Assembly (NCBI GenBank): GCA_030141605.1 | Contig: JAQGDQ010000172.1 | Location: 310,001 to 374,000 of the forward strand | Length of the DNA: 64,000 nucleotides | Origin: Tubiluchus corallicola | Taxonomy: Eukaryota > Animalia > Priapulida | Direction: 5' to 3' | In this document: piece after piece, positions 15,001 through 26,397 of the stretch | How the letters are laid out: each line of letters starts with the position of its first letter | How positions within the stretch are numbered: the first letter of the stretch is position 1 | Made by a program: the position numbers and the translations under genes | Notes under the pieces: generated by a model | What the model was told of the DNA's origin: nothing | What the model saw: the letters and a program-made list of their open reading frames with translations, nothing else | The model's database searches: none

Positions 15001-18000
15001 TCCCATCCAATCGCCCGGGTAACATTTTTTATCGCACACCTGGCTAGGAATTTTATAATATTTTTTATACGTTCATAAACTTATTTGACGCAATCATACA
15101 AAAGCGTATTTCTCTTAATTTGAAATGTAAAACGCAATAATTATAAGTTTAACGCCTAACTCTCGACCAGGGTTGCTGTTTTGCATGATGCTAATTATTG
15201 TATTGGAAGCTGAAAAATATTAACGGCTGAGCAGTGTTACGACTTATACATTAATAATTCAGAACATACATTCATACCGTTCGTACAAAAAAAGACTATG
15301 CGATAATCGATAATTATACACTAATTTAGTAATGCGAAACAAAAAAACATTACTGCTAACCAGTGGAAAGTAAACAAACTTTGATTTCAACTGATTTTAA
15401 ATATTCCACGATACAGCTTTTATACTCACAAAGCTTTGAAAAAAAATTTTTGAGAAAATTTTTTTTCCTCCCTCCCTACTGACATCTTTTCAGCTCACGA
15501 AATAAGATAGAAACACATTTTTTGTGGCCGGTCTGAGTTACCTTCTGCACAGGTGTGATTATCCTGCAGCAGCTTTACTCCTGTTGGACATGCGCAGGTG
15601 TAGCGTGGACGACGAGGAGATATTAAACACAAATGAGAGCAGCCTCCATTATTAACAGCACACACGTTGACACCTACAAAGAATAATTACTCTTTACACT
15701 CTTTTATTTAAAATTTTTGTACAGTAGCCAAAAATTACTAACCTTCATACAACACATGATATGCTACAAATAACCTTGTAAGTTTTGAAGGAATTAAGAA
15801 TGTAAAGAATTACAGAGAAGTAAATAAAGTTGTTAGATATTAATTACCCATTAGCTATAAAGCCTTACAATTGCAAGCATCAATTTCTTTCAAATCTAAC
15901 ACCTGGAATTTGTACACTCTAAGAAATGGGAATAAAAGAATGACAAAGTCAAAACAAAGATCAGATATCCAACTAGTCTGTTATAAATTTCATAAAATAA
16001 ATAATACAAACTCCATACAAATTTGTACCAATCTGCTGTTACAAATGACATGAAAAGTTTTAACACAATATTTGTAACAAAGCACAGAACAATACACTTT
16101 TACGAAGAACTACGCTAACAGCACCAATACAAAGATCTGTAGAAAAAAGTTATGTATACTAACCAGTCGGTTGTCTATCACTAGTAAACACTTGTAAACC
16201 CATCGGGTAATGATTGTTATGCACCACACGTCTGTTAGTACCCCTGTCCTTGTTGCAAGCATGTATAGCTCTGAAGAAAAGAGTGTTAACACACATCTTT
16301 GAATAAATTGAATTTATACACTATAAATTGAATTTATAATGTTATCACTTTCACTTAAAAATTTTTATAAAGCCATCCTCGCAAGTGTCTGTTGCAAACG
16401 TTACTGCCTACTTCTACAAACAGTAGTGACAACTTCAAAGAATAATCTAGAAAATGTTAGCAATGCAAACTTTGAATATGCAGCCCAACTTTGAATATCA
16501 TAAAACAGAATCAGTGACACTTACCAGCAGTCATTTTCATCACTACAGTTTTTGTATGCCATTTGGCACACAGAAAAGGTAAAACCCAGCACTTAATGAA
16601 TGACCCACTAATAATAATGGTTGTGGCAAGACCGGAACTCCTCACATTATCAAGATAATCCACCGAGAGGTGGCAATGAATCAGTAAATATGTCTCAAGC
16701 AAGTTCAAGTACATCTTCACTTAATGAAACAGCCATGGCAATTTGGCAGGTGAAAGAACTCCAAATCAATTTTTCCCAGGCATTGGTCAGGCTTGATGCT
16801 GCTCATATTCAATACTAAACACACGCCAGGACTATTTGGTGATGCCTCTTTGCCCTTACCATACCTTAAATTTGCATACCATACTGATGTATTTTTCATG
16901 AACTAGCAATTCCATACATAATGTGCTATAAACAATATGCACACTGACTGCGCTTAGCTTGCAGCTTCTGTATGCAAGTTACAGACATAATAACAATGCA
17001 AACATTTATCTTGCATTACTGCATAGAACAAGATTTAAAATTTTGTTGGTTAAACAATAACTTACCTTGTCTTCCAATCAGTCCAGTATAAATTGTCTCG
17101 ATATAGGGTAAGAGCAAAGGGCTGCAGCAGCTTGCCATCAACCACTGTCTCTCTGTTTGTGCCATCGTAGTTACATCTTTCAATGAAGCTAAGCTTTGCA
17201 TCTACCCAATATAACTTCTCTTCCTTGTAATCAAGGGCAATACCGTTAGGCCAGTAAATCTTGTCATTGATGATCACCTCGCGTGTCGCAGGGTCGCCAT
17301 TCATGCCTGCCTTTTCTATTTTGGACAGTTCACCCCAATCAGACCAGTACATATACCTAAAACAATGCAGCACATTAGACAAGTGCATATGTCTAAAACA
17401 ACAACTCATAATTCCCTTGTTGTAAGTTATTTATACAAAGTTGTAATGTAATGATATTTGTTATCATTGGAAAAAATACAAGAGAATCATAGAAGGTTTG
17501 ACAGCATCCACACAACGCTCCCATTGACAATAAACATAGCATGCAGAAATAAACACTTTTACAAGTTATATGAGACAATGTAGAAAGCTGAGTTACAACG
17601 TTCACTAAAAAGTAAAAATTTTATTGTCAAAAATGATGACTCTGGGCTCTGCAGTTTAATAATCAGTGTTTAAAAACCAGATTAACCCATAGTCCTATAC
17701 TTGTGCAAATGATTTTCCCCAATTTAATGTATGAAAAGCTCACCATAAAGCAATCATCATTTGTAGTGTCAGTAATTGCTTGACTCTTATGAGTTTTAAT
17801 ATTATTTTTAAGAATAAACTTACCCATGTGGAGGATCAACCACAATGGCACGAGGCAAATCCAGATTTTGCCAGAACAGAACCTTACGAGAAGAGCCATC
17901 AAAATTTGCTACTTCAATGCGATTGCTGTCTGCTTCTGTCCAGTAAATCTTCTTGGCTAGCCAGTCACATGCGAGACCGTCGGGTGAAACAAGGCCAGTT

Positions 18001-21000
18001 GTAATTGTTTCTATATGAGATGCATTGCCCTTGATCACAGCTCGGTTGATTACTTCCAGACTAAAAATAGAAGTATATATTACATGGCTTCAATAACAGA
18101 ATTCATACAAAATAAGACTAAATGAATTCAAATCCAAGTCCGCGAGCATGACCGTGTTTACCACTTGACTATGTCTAATCCAGTCACTAGAGTAGGTGAA
18201 TCATGTGCGATAAACCAGTAGGAAGGGTACTTGTGACTAGTCGCAGATGAAAATTAATACATTTTTATTCCCAAATATATAATACATTCGGTGACAGCTG
18301 ACAAGTTGAGCAATAAAACAGTCAAGTAAAAATGACTTGCATATATTTACAAAATGATGTATCATTATAGATTTTTCAAAATGTACCTTGCAGACTGAAA
18401 CAAGTGAAACAAACTTAGAAAAATCTCATAGTTTCTAGAGCGGCCTACCTAACTAAAACTTTTCGCAGTTACGAGTGTCACATGGTGGCTGCTAGGCAAC
18501 CTCTCGGTCTTTTGCCACCTTGTCTCTATGTAGTATTATTCATAATTAAATACTGTATATTGTTATCTTGTGTAAACGAGACGAATAAATTGAAAATGAA
18601 TTGAATTAAATTACGAGATACCGAACAATATTAATTTATCTAAATGTTTATAAATCACTAATGCATGCCTGATGTCTGTCCAGAATATCATCCGATCCTC
18701 ATAACAAAAGTCTATGGCTGCAGAGTCATCAAGGTTATTAATCAAGACTGAGGAATTCTTCTTTGAATGTTCGACATCAACCAAGCGAATGTCTCGTCGG
18801 TTTGCAAACAGTAGCAAGGGTTCTCCTACAATTATTATGCAAAAAGAAATAATTGAAATGACTAAATCATACTGAAAATGTAATCACTACAGGCAATGTG
18901 CCCAACAAAAACACGTCAAGCCTTCTGGAAAATTAGGCTTATTTCAATGTTCGTGAAAAATGTTACAAGGATTTAGTAATAAAACTGCAATAAGCACCTC
19001 GCGTAACTAGTAAAATCACTTTAAAGTCGCGCTCACATCACGCTTGGACGCTCCCATTTTCAATGCCCATTCTTCTTCCAATGACATCATTCATCTTGAA
19101 GAAAAGCAGCGCACTGTGAATCTTCATCGAAAGTATAATAAGATTTTACAAAAACATTAGATAGCGAATTTTGTAATATTACTGCGTGAACATTAGGTAG
19201 GTTGCAGAAGTTTAAATTAGTTTAAGCAACACGCGCTTATGGAAAACCATGACACACTTACTAAAAGTCACGAAGTCTTCCAGGTACATCATAGTTTTCA
19301 AGTAAATGGCGGCAACCAGTACACTGAAAATTTCTAATCAGAAGTTGTGTATTTTAAATTTATACTCTTTGCAAATTTCTTTGTTATATTTTTCTAAGTT
19401 TAAATGATAACAGTAAAATAAACCCAACATACTAAGTGACTTGTTTTTGCCTTTAAGCACACATTGATCATTAAACGTATTACTGGCACAGATTACTATT
19501 AACAAGGTGCATGGAATAACTCTTATATCACGTGCTTCTGAAATAAACTATATAAATATCTGTTGTCCACATGAAATGGACCATATAAATGAAATAGCAA
19601 ATAATCACAGGCAGCACTAATGAATTACGAAGGAAAATAAATTAATTTTGACTTCAGTTTAATTTGCTAAATTAGTAATTTCCAAGTAGCTGATTAATGT
19701 GTTTTATTACCTAGCATATATGTACTTGCAGTACCGAAGTTTAGTGAATAAATGAACATTTAATTGAACAAAATTATCAAGTTAAATTATAGAAAAGTGG
19801 AATTATAATTTTGAGTGCTAACATTGCATTAGCAATGGGACATTTATCAAAGGAATGAAAAAATAATCCTTTGTAGACAGTTAGCAAAGCAACAAGAGAC
19901 AGCAATATGAACTGAATGATTATCTGTAGACTCAAATTATCTATGATAAAAGATTACTCACAAGGAATTTAGACTATATTGAAAAAAGGATATAAAACAT
20001 TATTTCAAATTCATGGACTACCAAAATCTCCTTTCAGTTATCAATATTATCATGGTACATTTGCTCAGCCTAAAAAGTATGAAACATTAGGCCTACCTCA
20101 AAATCAATGCAACGAAAGTCAGTATCACAAAATTCACACACACACACGCACGCACGCACCCACACACACACACACACATATATATATGAATATGAATAAT
20201 TTCCACGAAAAATCAAACACATTCTGAAATTTCTTCTCCTAATGAAAGCATTTTAGTTACATTGCATGTGTAACATAACATAAGCTTTCAAAATTTAAAC
20301 CAAAATTGGTGGCAGCATAAATAAGATCACTTTATTTTTCTATTCTGCCAAAAGGATAAAACTAAAAGTTTTTGGTTATAAAACTTTGTATATGAACTTA
20401 AGCGAAAAAATCTGCAATGAATCTATGCAAGTTACAAAATTTTGATTTTACAAATCAGAATTTATCAATAGTTATATCAAGTCATAATAGTCTAATCCTT
20501 TTAAAAATGCATTTTTACACATTTTTAAAACAATTGTAAAAGTGCTTCTCAAGCAAATGTAGCTAATGATTCCATTGCTGGGTGAAAAACCCAAGTTACC
20601 CTATTTTAATTAAAACCTGCTTCTTTCTGTACATGTATATAGACCATTGTGCTCATTCTCATGCAAATACTGTGAAACCTATTCCCATAAGGCTACTTAA
20701 CGACACTTACATTTGTACTAATAATACGAATATAAAATTAGCTTTATTTGTGATGTGCCATTTTCGTGAAAAGGACCGCTGTCCATTTTCTTATGGCTGA
20801 CTACTTTGAACCACATGGAGCAAATAACAGCTATTTACTCTGCAACTTGTTTAACACATAGGGCAAACACTTGCTGCAGGATACATAGGATTTCTCAAAT
20901 ACTGTAAAACCCAAACGTCTCCACCTGAACAGCAAATATTTAATTCTTAAAACATTTAGCATCAAAATACAGCAAAGATTCGAAAAAGATATACATTTCA

Positions 21001-24000
21001 GGGATTTTTTACGCTTATTAGCTAGACACGCAAAAACGAAAGTTGTTAAATACACAAATAATTAGTTTTGCAAACTGTAAAATACATTGTTTTGCATTAA
21101 AAGAGCACTGTCCCTTGTGTAAGCCTCAAAAATGGTCATGTCAATTTTTCATGCAAATTTAGCTAGTGAGAGAGTGTTAAAATGATTAGTGATCCAGTTC
21201 GTAAAATCAAAAATCAAGCAAATATTAAATACACAGTTGATATTTTAGTGAAGCACAATTCACAATTCAATTCACATTTGCACAGACAATACAAACCAAA
21301 AACATTTCATTTATTACTAATATAATGCCTGATTTCAGAGAAAGTGTCATGTTCCTGTTTTAAGTACAATCAGCAATTTACTGGCAGTCTAATTTACTGG
21401 AATATTTCCAGTTTTGAAGCTAAAAAGAAAATTAGTTATGGCATATCCATCTGCATAAACCAAACTAACGATTATACTTCTAAAACAAGGAAAAAATCAG
21501 ATTTTATTACAATTTTCCATGGTTGTCAGTTTGACAAAACAATTATATTTAAAACTAAGTGGAGACCTGAAAAGGAACCGGGTAGTACAGTGTAGACTGT
21601 AGAGCATTACTACATGTATATAATGATATAGATAGAGATTTGATCATTTGAGATTCAAAGGAACTCAAGGCATTCAAAAATGGTTTTACTAAAAACAGTT
21701 CTTAAAATTTATTTTTTAAATCAGCCTATATTTTTTAATTTTGCTTATTACACAAAAATGGCCATACTGAGACTACCAGAATGAATAGTATGTTTTAATC
21801 TGAAATTTAATTATTATACATATATTTTCATTAAGTGCTTGCACAGATTTTGCTAAATTTTAATGCAGGTTGCAAGCCAATAACCTTTTTATAAGAATAA
21901 AACACCCATATATCAGTTATCAAAATAGATTACCAGAAAGAATTTTAACAACAACAGACACACCATGACTGCCCAAATCAGACAATAATGGTATACAATG
22001 TATACATTTTCTAATAATACATATGGCATAATAATACGATACACAAAGCAGGCTTAGCAGAGTTAGTGTTACATGTTACGAATCTAATAATGCATTAGCC
22101 TAAGAAACGGACAAAGTCAGAAATATATCAGGTTTACCATTTGAACTTTGATGTAATTCTAGCATTAATAGCTGACAATTACTTAAACTCCAAATTGTTT
22201 AATGGCTTTATGAAGTTTGCAAAATTTTAAAATGTCAGATGATTGGCATTTATAACCAAAGTATTATTTTTAATGTGTTAGGAATCGGCACTGAAAAAGA
22301 GGTTTTATAACATATAATATATTCAATATAAAATTGAAACTTGATGGAGCAGGCCATAAAACAACAAAATGAAAACGTTAAAAATTTTCTATTCTTTTAA
22401 TCAATTTACTTTTCTTAGTTCAATTACTAGAAGCCGTGGAAGGTATCACATATATTTTTAAAGCACACAGATTGTACTTAATTGCCACCGCAAAGACAAA
22501 TTGTAGGATTGTATAATTATAATACGAAACCTGTATGAACGGCTGCTATGTTTACTTTACATGTGCAGACGATCCTTTTAGATGCTTATTGTTTTTGTAA
22601 ATGATAAGTGTTGCGTTTCTCGAAAACCCTGCTTCAAATATGACTTAACAGTAGCTGATAAACTTTTCAATATGACAAAAAAAAATCCACCTGAGAATGT
22701 ATGCACGTGAATTTATTTATTTGGATCTAGAATTAAAGGGTTAAGCTAATACTTAGATAAACTTGTAACTTCGAGCAGTTAAAGATGCTGGTAAACAGAC
22801 TGGAATTCCTATACATTCAGTCCGGACTACTTTTTTGCTCTTTCAAGGGTGTTACAATATAATTTTAAATGACCATTAATCACTTTTGTAACCTAAGTAA
22901 GTAAGAGTACACTATGACAGAAATATTTGCATAAATGGCTTCATAAGTTCCACACAAATCAAAATGTATGAAAGCAGTAGCTTTTGCAAGACAGATCTAT
23001 AGATTTGGCAGCTCGATAATTTTAACTAATGGGCTAATGTTCTCTTGAAGGAAATTTTGCATCACCTGTGTAATTCTCGCGTGATCTGTCCTCTACACTG
23101 TAACAGTAGTTTATTTCGACCAAACTCTAAAAACGCATTTCTTGAAAAGAGTTAGACAGCAAACAAATAAAAAACACCAGGTCTTTAAATTTTTCAACAA
23201 TTATTTACCTATGTACAAAAGAAAATATAAAAGTTCACCTATGCGAATTGCAATGGGGCTGGTCAGCAAAAAAAATTGTTTCTGTCTTACCTCATGAGTT
23301 CAAAGATGTCAATAGGTAGGGAGGAAATTTTTTTAAAGCTTTGTAAATGTTTCAAGCTGAATCGTGGAATATTTAAAATCAGTTGAAATCAAAATTTTGT
23401 ATTCCCCACTGGTTAGCTCTATAATGTTTTTTCCAACTCACACTTTTTCATGCTTTGTTTGTTTTTAGTTTTTTGTTTAACATTACTAAATTAACGCATA
23501 GTCTCTTTTTTGCACAGTACGAATGTACGTCCAGATAATTATGGTATAAGCGGCAACGCTACTCGGTTAATACGCTGATTTGGCAGAAAATGCGATAATT
23601 TTTAGCCTCCAATACATAATCAGCATCATACAAAATTGCAACCCTGGCCGTAGAAAAACATGACTGCGTCCTCGCCAAATAACAATATTATAATAATTGT
23701 TGCATTTTAGGTTTTACGTTAATATGACTGCATCATGTAAGTATATGAATTTACCATAAAAATTGGAAATTGCCAGCAGGGTGTGGCTAAAAATTTTTTA
23801 CCAAAGCAATTAAGCAGACATAGAAGTATTTTTATTGTTGGCCTGAGTTTGTCAGTCCATTTGTGATTTACAAATATAACTGGAAGACGAAGTCTAATTT
23901 TCATTTCATTCACACTGCTTCCAACACTCCACCATCACCATTCTTGGAAATTACCATCCAACCAAGTGCACTTACTATAACCAACCTCAGATGTAAATGA

Positions 24001-24981
24001 ACAACAAAGGTATCCAGTGATATAGATTTTGTGCAAAAATGTGAAACTTAGCCTGACATTGCATATGGACAAGTCACACAATGCTGAACAGATTCAGTGC
24101 ATTAAAGCACACTTTGTCTAACTGAGCATCAGAAAAATTATTCAGATTTTTTTAGTTATCTGACAAATTCACTTAAATTATAAAGTTATACTTTGGAAAA
24201 CACTGACAAAAGTACTACAGTGTGACAGTATTTAAAGTATTAAAGATTCAGACCTTTACCAGGCTTTACGCAAATCATACTATATTATTACTGCAGCCAC
24301 GTGAGACTATTCATTGCAATTTTCTGGCCTTGTTTTAGATCCGGATCTGAAGAATTCAATCCAGTGTAACCTAGTCAAGAGTCGTCTACAGGTATAAATA
24401 TTCTGGGGCCATGAAATGTACTTACACTGATCCCAACAACTGTTTTAGTGGCCAGCAATAATGAAACACACTTCTGGCCTTACAGGAACTCAAAACGACT
24501 TTAAAATTTATGTGGAAATGTTGAGGACTGTCAAGACCCTCAACAAGCAAACAAACGGCATAGTATTAGTAAGGATGAAAAAGTCTGGTAACTAGCATCC
24601 AGCTTTTCTCATTTAACTAGGTGAAGAAGTTGTTGTGATTTCGTAAAGTCAGTCATGGCGCCAGATTTTGCCTTTTCCAAATTATAATACCCAGTAGTAC
24701 TAGTAGGCATTACTGCATTAATACGTAAATTTTATGTGCCTGGTTGTTTACCTATTTTTTGCTGTCTATTTTAAGTTTTGACGACAATTATTCACTGCGA
24801 TGGTTGAAACACGTTAAACAAAATTTATCGCACACGCGTTTTTCTTTGCTAAATGTGTCCGTCTCGGACGTATAGTTTACCCAAAGTATACATGCAGTAA
24901 ATGATGTGATTTGATTTGGCTCTTACCATGTATCGTGGCTAATATCCAAAAAACAAATACTAGGACTTCCCAAAAGCGCAT
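66..24981 (-). CDS. LRP6: LDL receptor-related protein 5/6 (Arrow-like Wnt co-receptor), spliced, 3'-partial (transmembrane and cytoplasmic exons lie left of the window)
   Basis: Exons in transcript order: 24927-24981 (signal peptide [19 protein letters not shown]), 18669-18825, 17824-18060, 17066-17356, 16164-16270, 15542-15673, 14507-14707, 13698-13893, 12417-12511, 11966-12121, 10542-10682, 9673-9962, 9284-9510, 8913-9097, 6772-6975, 6328-6465, 5137-5345, 4549-4748, 4074-4245, 3582-3702, 3145-3293, 2146-2295, 1673-1792, ~66-201. Phases are compatible throughout (~1356 codons). Four YWTD beta-propellers each followed by an EGF module (NGGCSHLCL), then three LDLa modules. Diagnostic stretches: [44 protein letters not shown]. 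The donor of the last visible exon is the least certain boundary. Invertebrates usually have one LRP5/6 gene, so the symbol is nominal. Confidence 0.96.
920..1420. mobile_element. Non-autonomous DNA transposon (hAT-like MITE)
   Basis: Imperfect terminal inverted repeats (TIRs) tagtgttgttctggata / tatccggagcgacaccta, with dense subterminal CGGATA/CGAATA motifs at both ends. No clean TSD. Confidence 0.7.
5441..6265. mobile_element. Degenerate Tc1/mariner-superfamily (pogo/Tigger-like) non-autonomous element
   Basis: ta|cagtagg ... cctactg|ta termini with TA flanks; ends resemble the 7970-8886 element; TIRs are short and decayed. Confidence 0.5.
7970..8886. mobile_element. Tc1/mariner-superfamily (pogo/Tigger-like) MITE
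   Basis: TIRs cagtaggcacagcttaata / tattaaccagtgcctactg, TA on both flanks, subterminal cacttaat / attaagtg. Confidence 0.8.
10851..11499. mobile_element. Tigger/pogo-like MITE
   Basis: TIRs tagtaagtcctcgcttaacga / tcgttaagcgaggatttactg (19 of 21 match), TA flanks, internal cgcttaacg repeat. Confidence 0.85.
14977..15533. mobile_element. Non-autonomous DNA transposon, copy A (family unassigned, possibly PIF/Harbinger-like)
   Basis: Begins ggccgcccc, ends ggccggtc, with tga on both flanks. Its reverse complement aligns along its length with 23256-23843 (for example atcgtggaatatttaaaatcagttgaaatcaaa). Confidence 0.75.
18480..18608 (+). mobile_element. Probable 3' end of a LINE/SINE
   Basis: AATAAA followed by a (TTGAA)n-like tail (aataaattgaaaatgaattgaatt), typical of non-LTR element 3' ends. 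No coding remnant recognised. Confidence 0.4.
20135..20188. repeat. Compound (CA)n/(CACG)n/(TA)n microsatellite
   Basis: Directly visible in LRP5/6 intron 1. Confidence 0.9.
23256..23843. mobile_element. Non-autonomous DNA transposon, copy B (inverted relative to copy A)
   Basis: Collinear similarity to the reverse complement of 14977-15533: aaagatgtca..tagggagg, atcgtggaatatttaaaatcagttgaaatc, cattactaaatta, cgcatagtct, ccaatacataat, caaccctgg. Confidence 0.75.
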
Positions 24982-24996
24982 GCTAGATGGCAGATA

Positions 24997-25197
24997 CTAC
25001 ACCATGATTAATCAAACCGCTGTTTCAGTCTCATACAAAACAAACAGCGATATTATATTAACAGTTATTTTAAAAAAAATGAAAAACAACTTTGCAGCAA
25101 AACAGTATAACACTTTATCCACTATCCGCCATGATTTTGAGTAAACAGTCTCGAACACTGGCCGGTGATCAATCCGCGGCAAAACAAATAGTTCCAT
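24997..25197 (-). promoter_or_regulatory. LRP5/6 5' leader with three upstream ORFs
   Basis: CpG-richer segment upstream of the main ATG (24981). Upstream ATGs at 25197 (61 codons, stop at 25012), 25132 (MADSG*) and 25005 (MV*). The transcription start cannot be seen directly. Confidence 0.5.
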
Positions 25198-25847
25198 AAT
25201 TTTCGCCACGACCTACTCGTGATTGTTATGAGTGATATTGGAAACGGGGACATTTGACAGTAAAGTCTGCACTCTACAGAAATTCACAATAACGCTCCAA
25301 GCCAAACTTCTAAAATGAAATGAAATAAAGTAAAAAGTAGATAAACCTTTTAACTTCTCCAAGTGTTTTAGTTAATGATGGTGAGCAGATTTACTGTTGA
25401 GACATTAATTTTAATGAATGTTCACTATTCAGGGGTCAGTAGAGGTTCTTGTTTCTGTTGCGAACTGTTTTAACCATGACCATTAACTGTTCAAGTTGGC
25501 ATTTTTCTAATTCAGTAAACTGACTTAATGACCAAAAAATACTACAATATTTTTGACATTAATATGATAGTGACTATAATCTTTATCTTGTTTATAATAA
25601 ATGATTGATCATAATCGTTAGGATTTTAAATTATATCCAATAGCATTGTTTTCACTTATTATTTATGTTACATTAGCTAGAGTACTATTACGTAGTGCGT
25701 AAGTTACCTAAGTGCAATGTTAAAAACCCAGAGGCGCAAAATTTATGTATCAAACACAAATGCCATAATTATAGAAGTAAGGCCGATGTTACTAATTGTT
25801 GAGAGTCATGAGTCAAGTGTTTATGCATGGTTGCATGGATCAGCCCT

Positions 25848-26397
25848 TGTAAGACCTGTTTCATAGTATACATTGAACTCTATGTAAACTGATTTTGGAT
25901 TCATTCCCAAATACCCGTGTAATCACGTGCATAATATAGGCTTCCTTCTCAAAAGGTTTATTATAGTTGTAATCTTGCCAAAATTTTTCTAACTAGCTTG
26001 GGTTGTCACACCATCACATTATGGCACTCCACCTCCTCCTTATCGAGGATAATCCGTAGCCAGTTCTCGGTATGTAGTCATTGTATTTGTATTTTGTAGT
26101 AATTATCTAAATTGTTTCACTCATTCTCATTTTGATGTAGTCGTTAACTTAATGTAGTCAATGGCTCATACACATCATTTAGCTCTATTTTTTCTCTAGC
26201 ATGTATTTATTCGCATTGCCATTATCATGTAATCGTTCTTTTCCATATAATTATTGTAACTATCACATGTTAAATGTTCGTGTAATGTTAAAATAACTAT
26301 GCGCATAGTTTAAATTAAATTTTATCGTTCTTGTTTTCTATAAACGCCATTACTACTCAGAATTTAGATATTAACAAACTTTATTCTAATATTTACA
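25848..26397 (+). mobile_element. Solo LTR (550 bp, Gypsy-like 4-bp TSD)
   Basis: TGTAA...TTACA termini with CCCT directly repeated on both flanks (25844-25847, 26398-26401). Orientation inferred from a TATAAA polyA-like signal near the right end. Confidence 0.7.

Noticed and set aside
19979-24900. Short ORFs in LRP5/6 intron 1 as a nested gene
   Set aside because: ORFs of 60-83 aa with no domain signal or linked splice sites; they overlap a microsatellite and a transposon.
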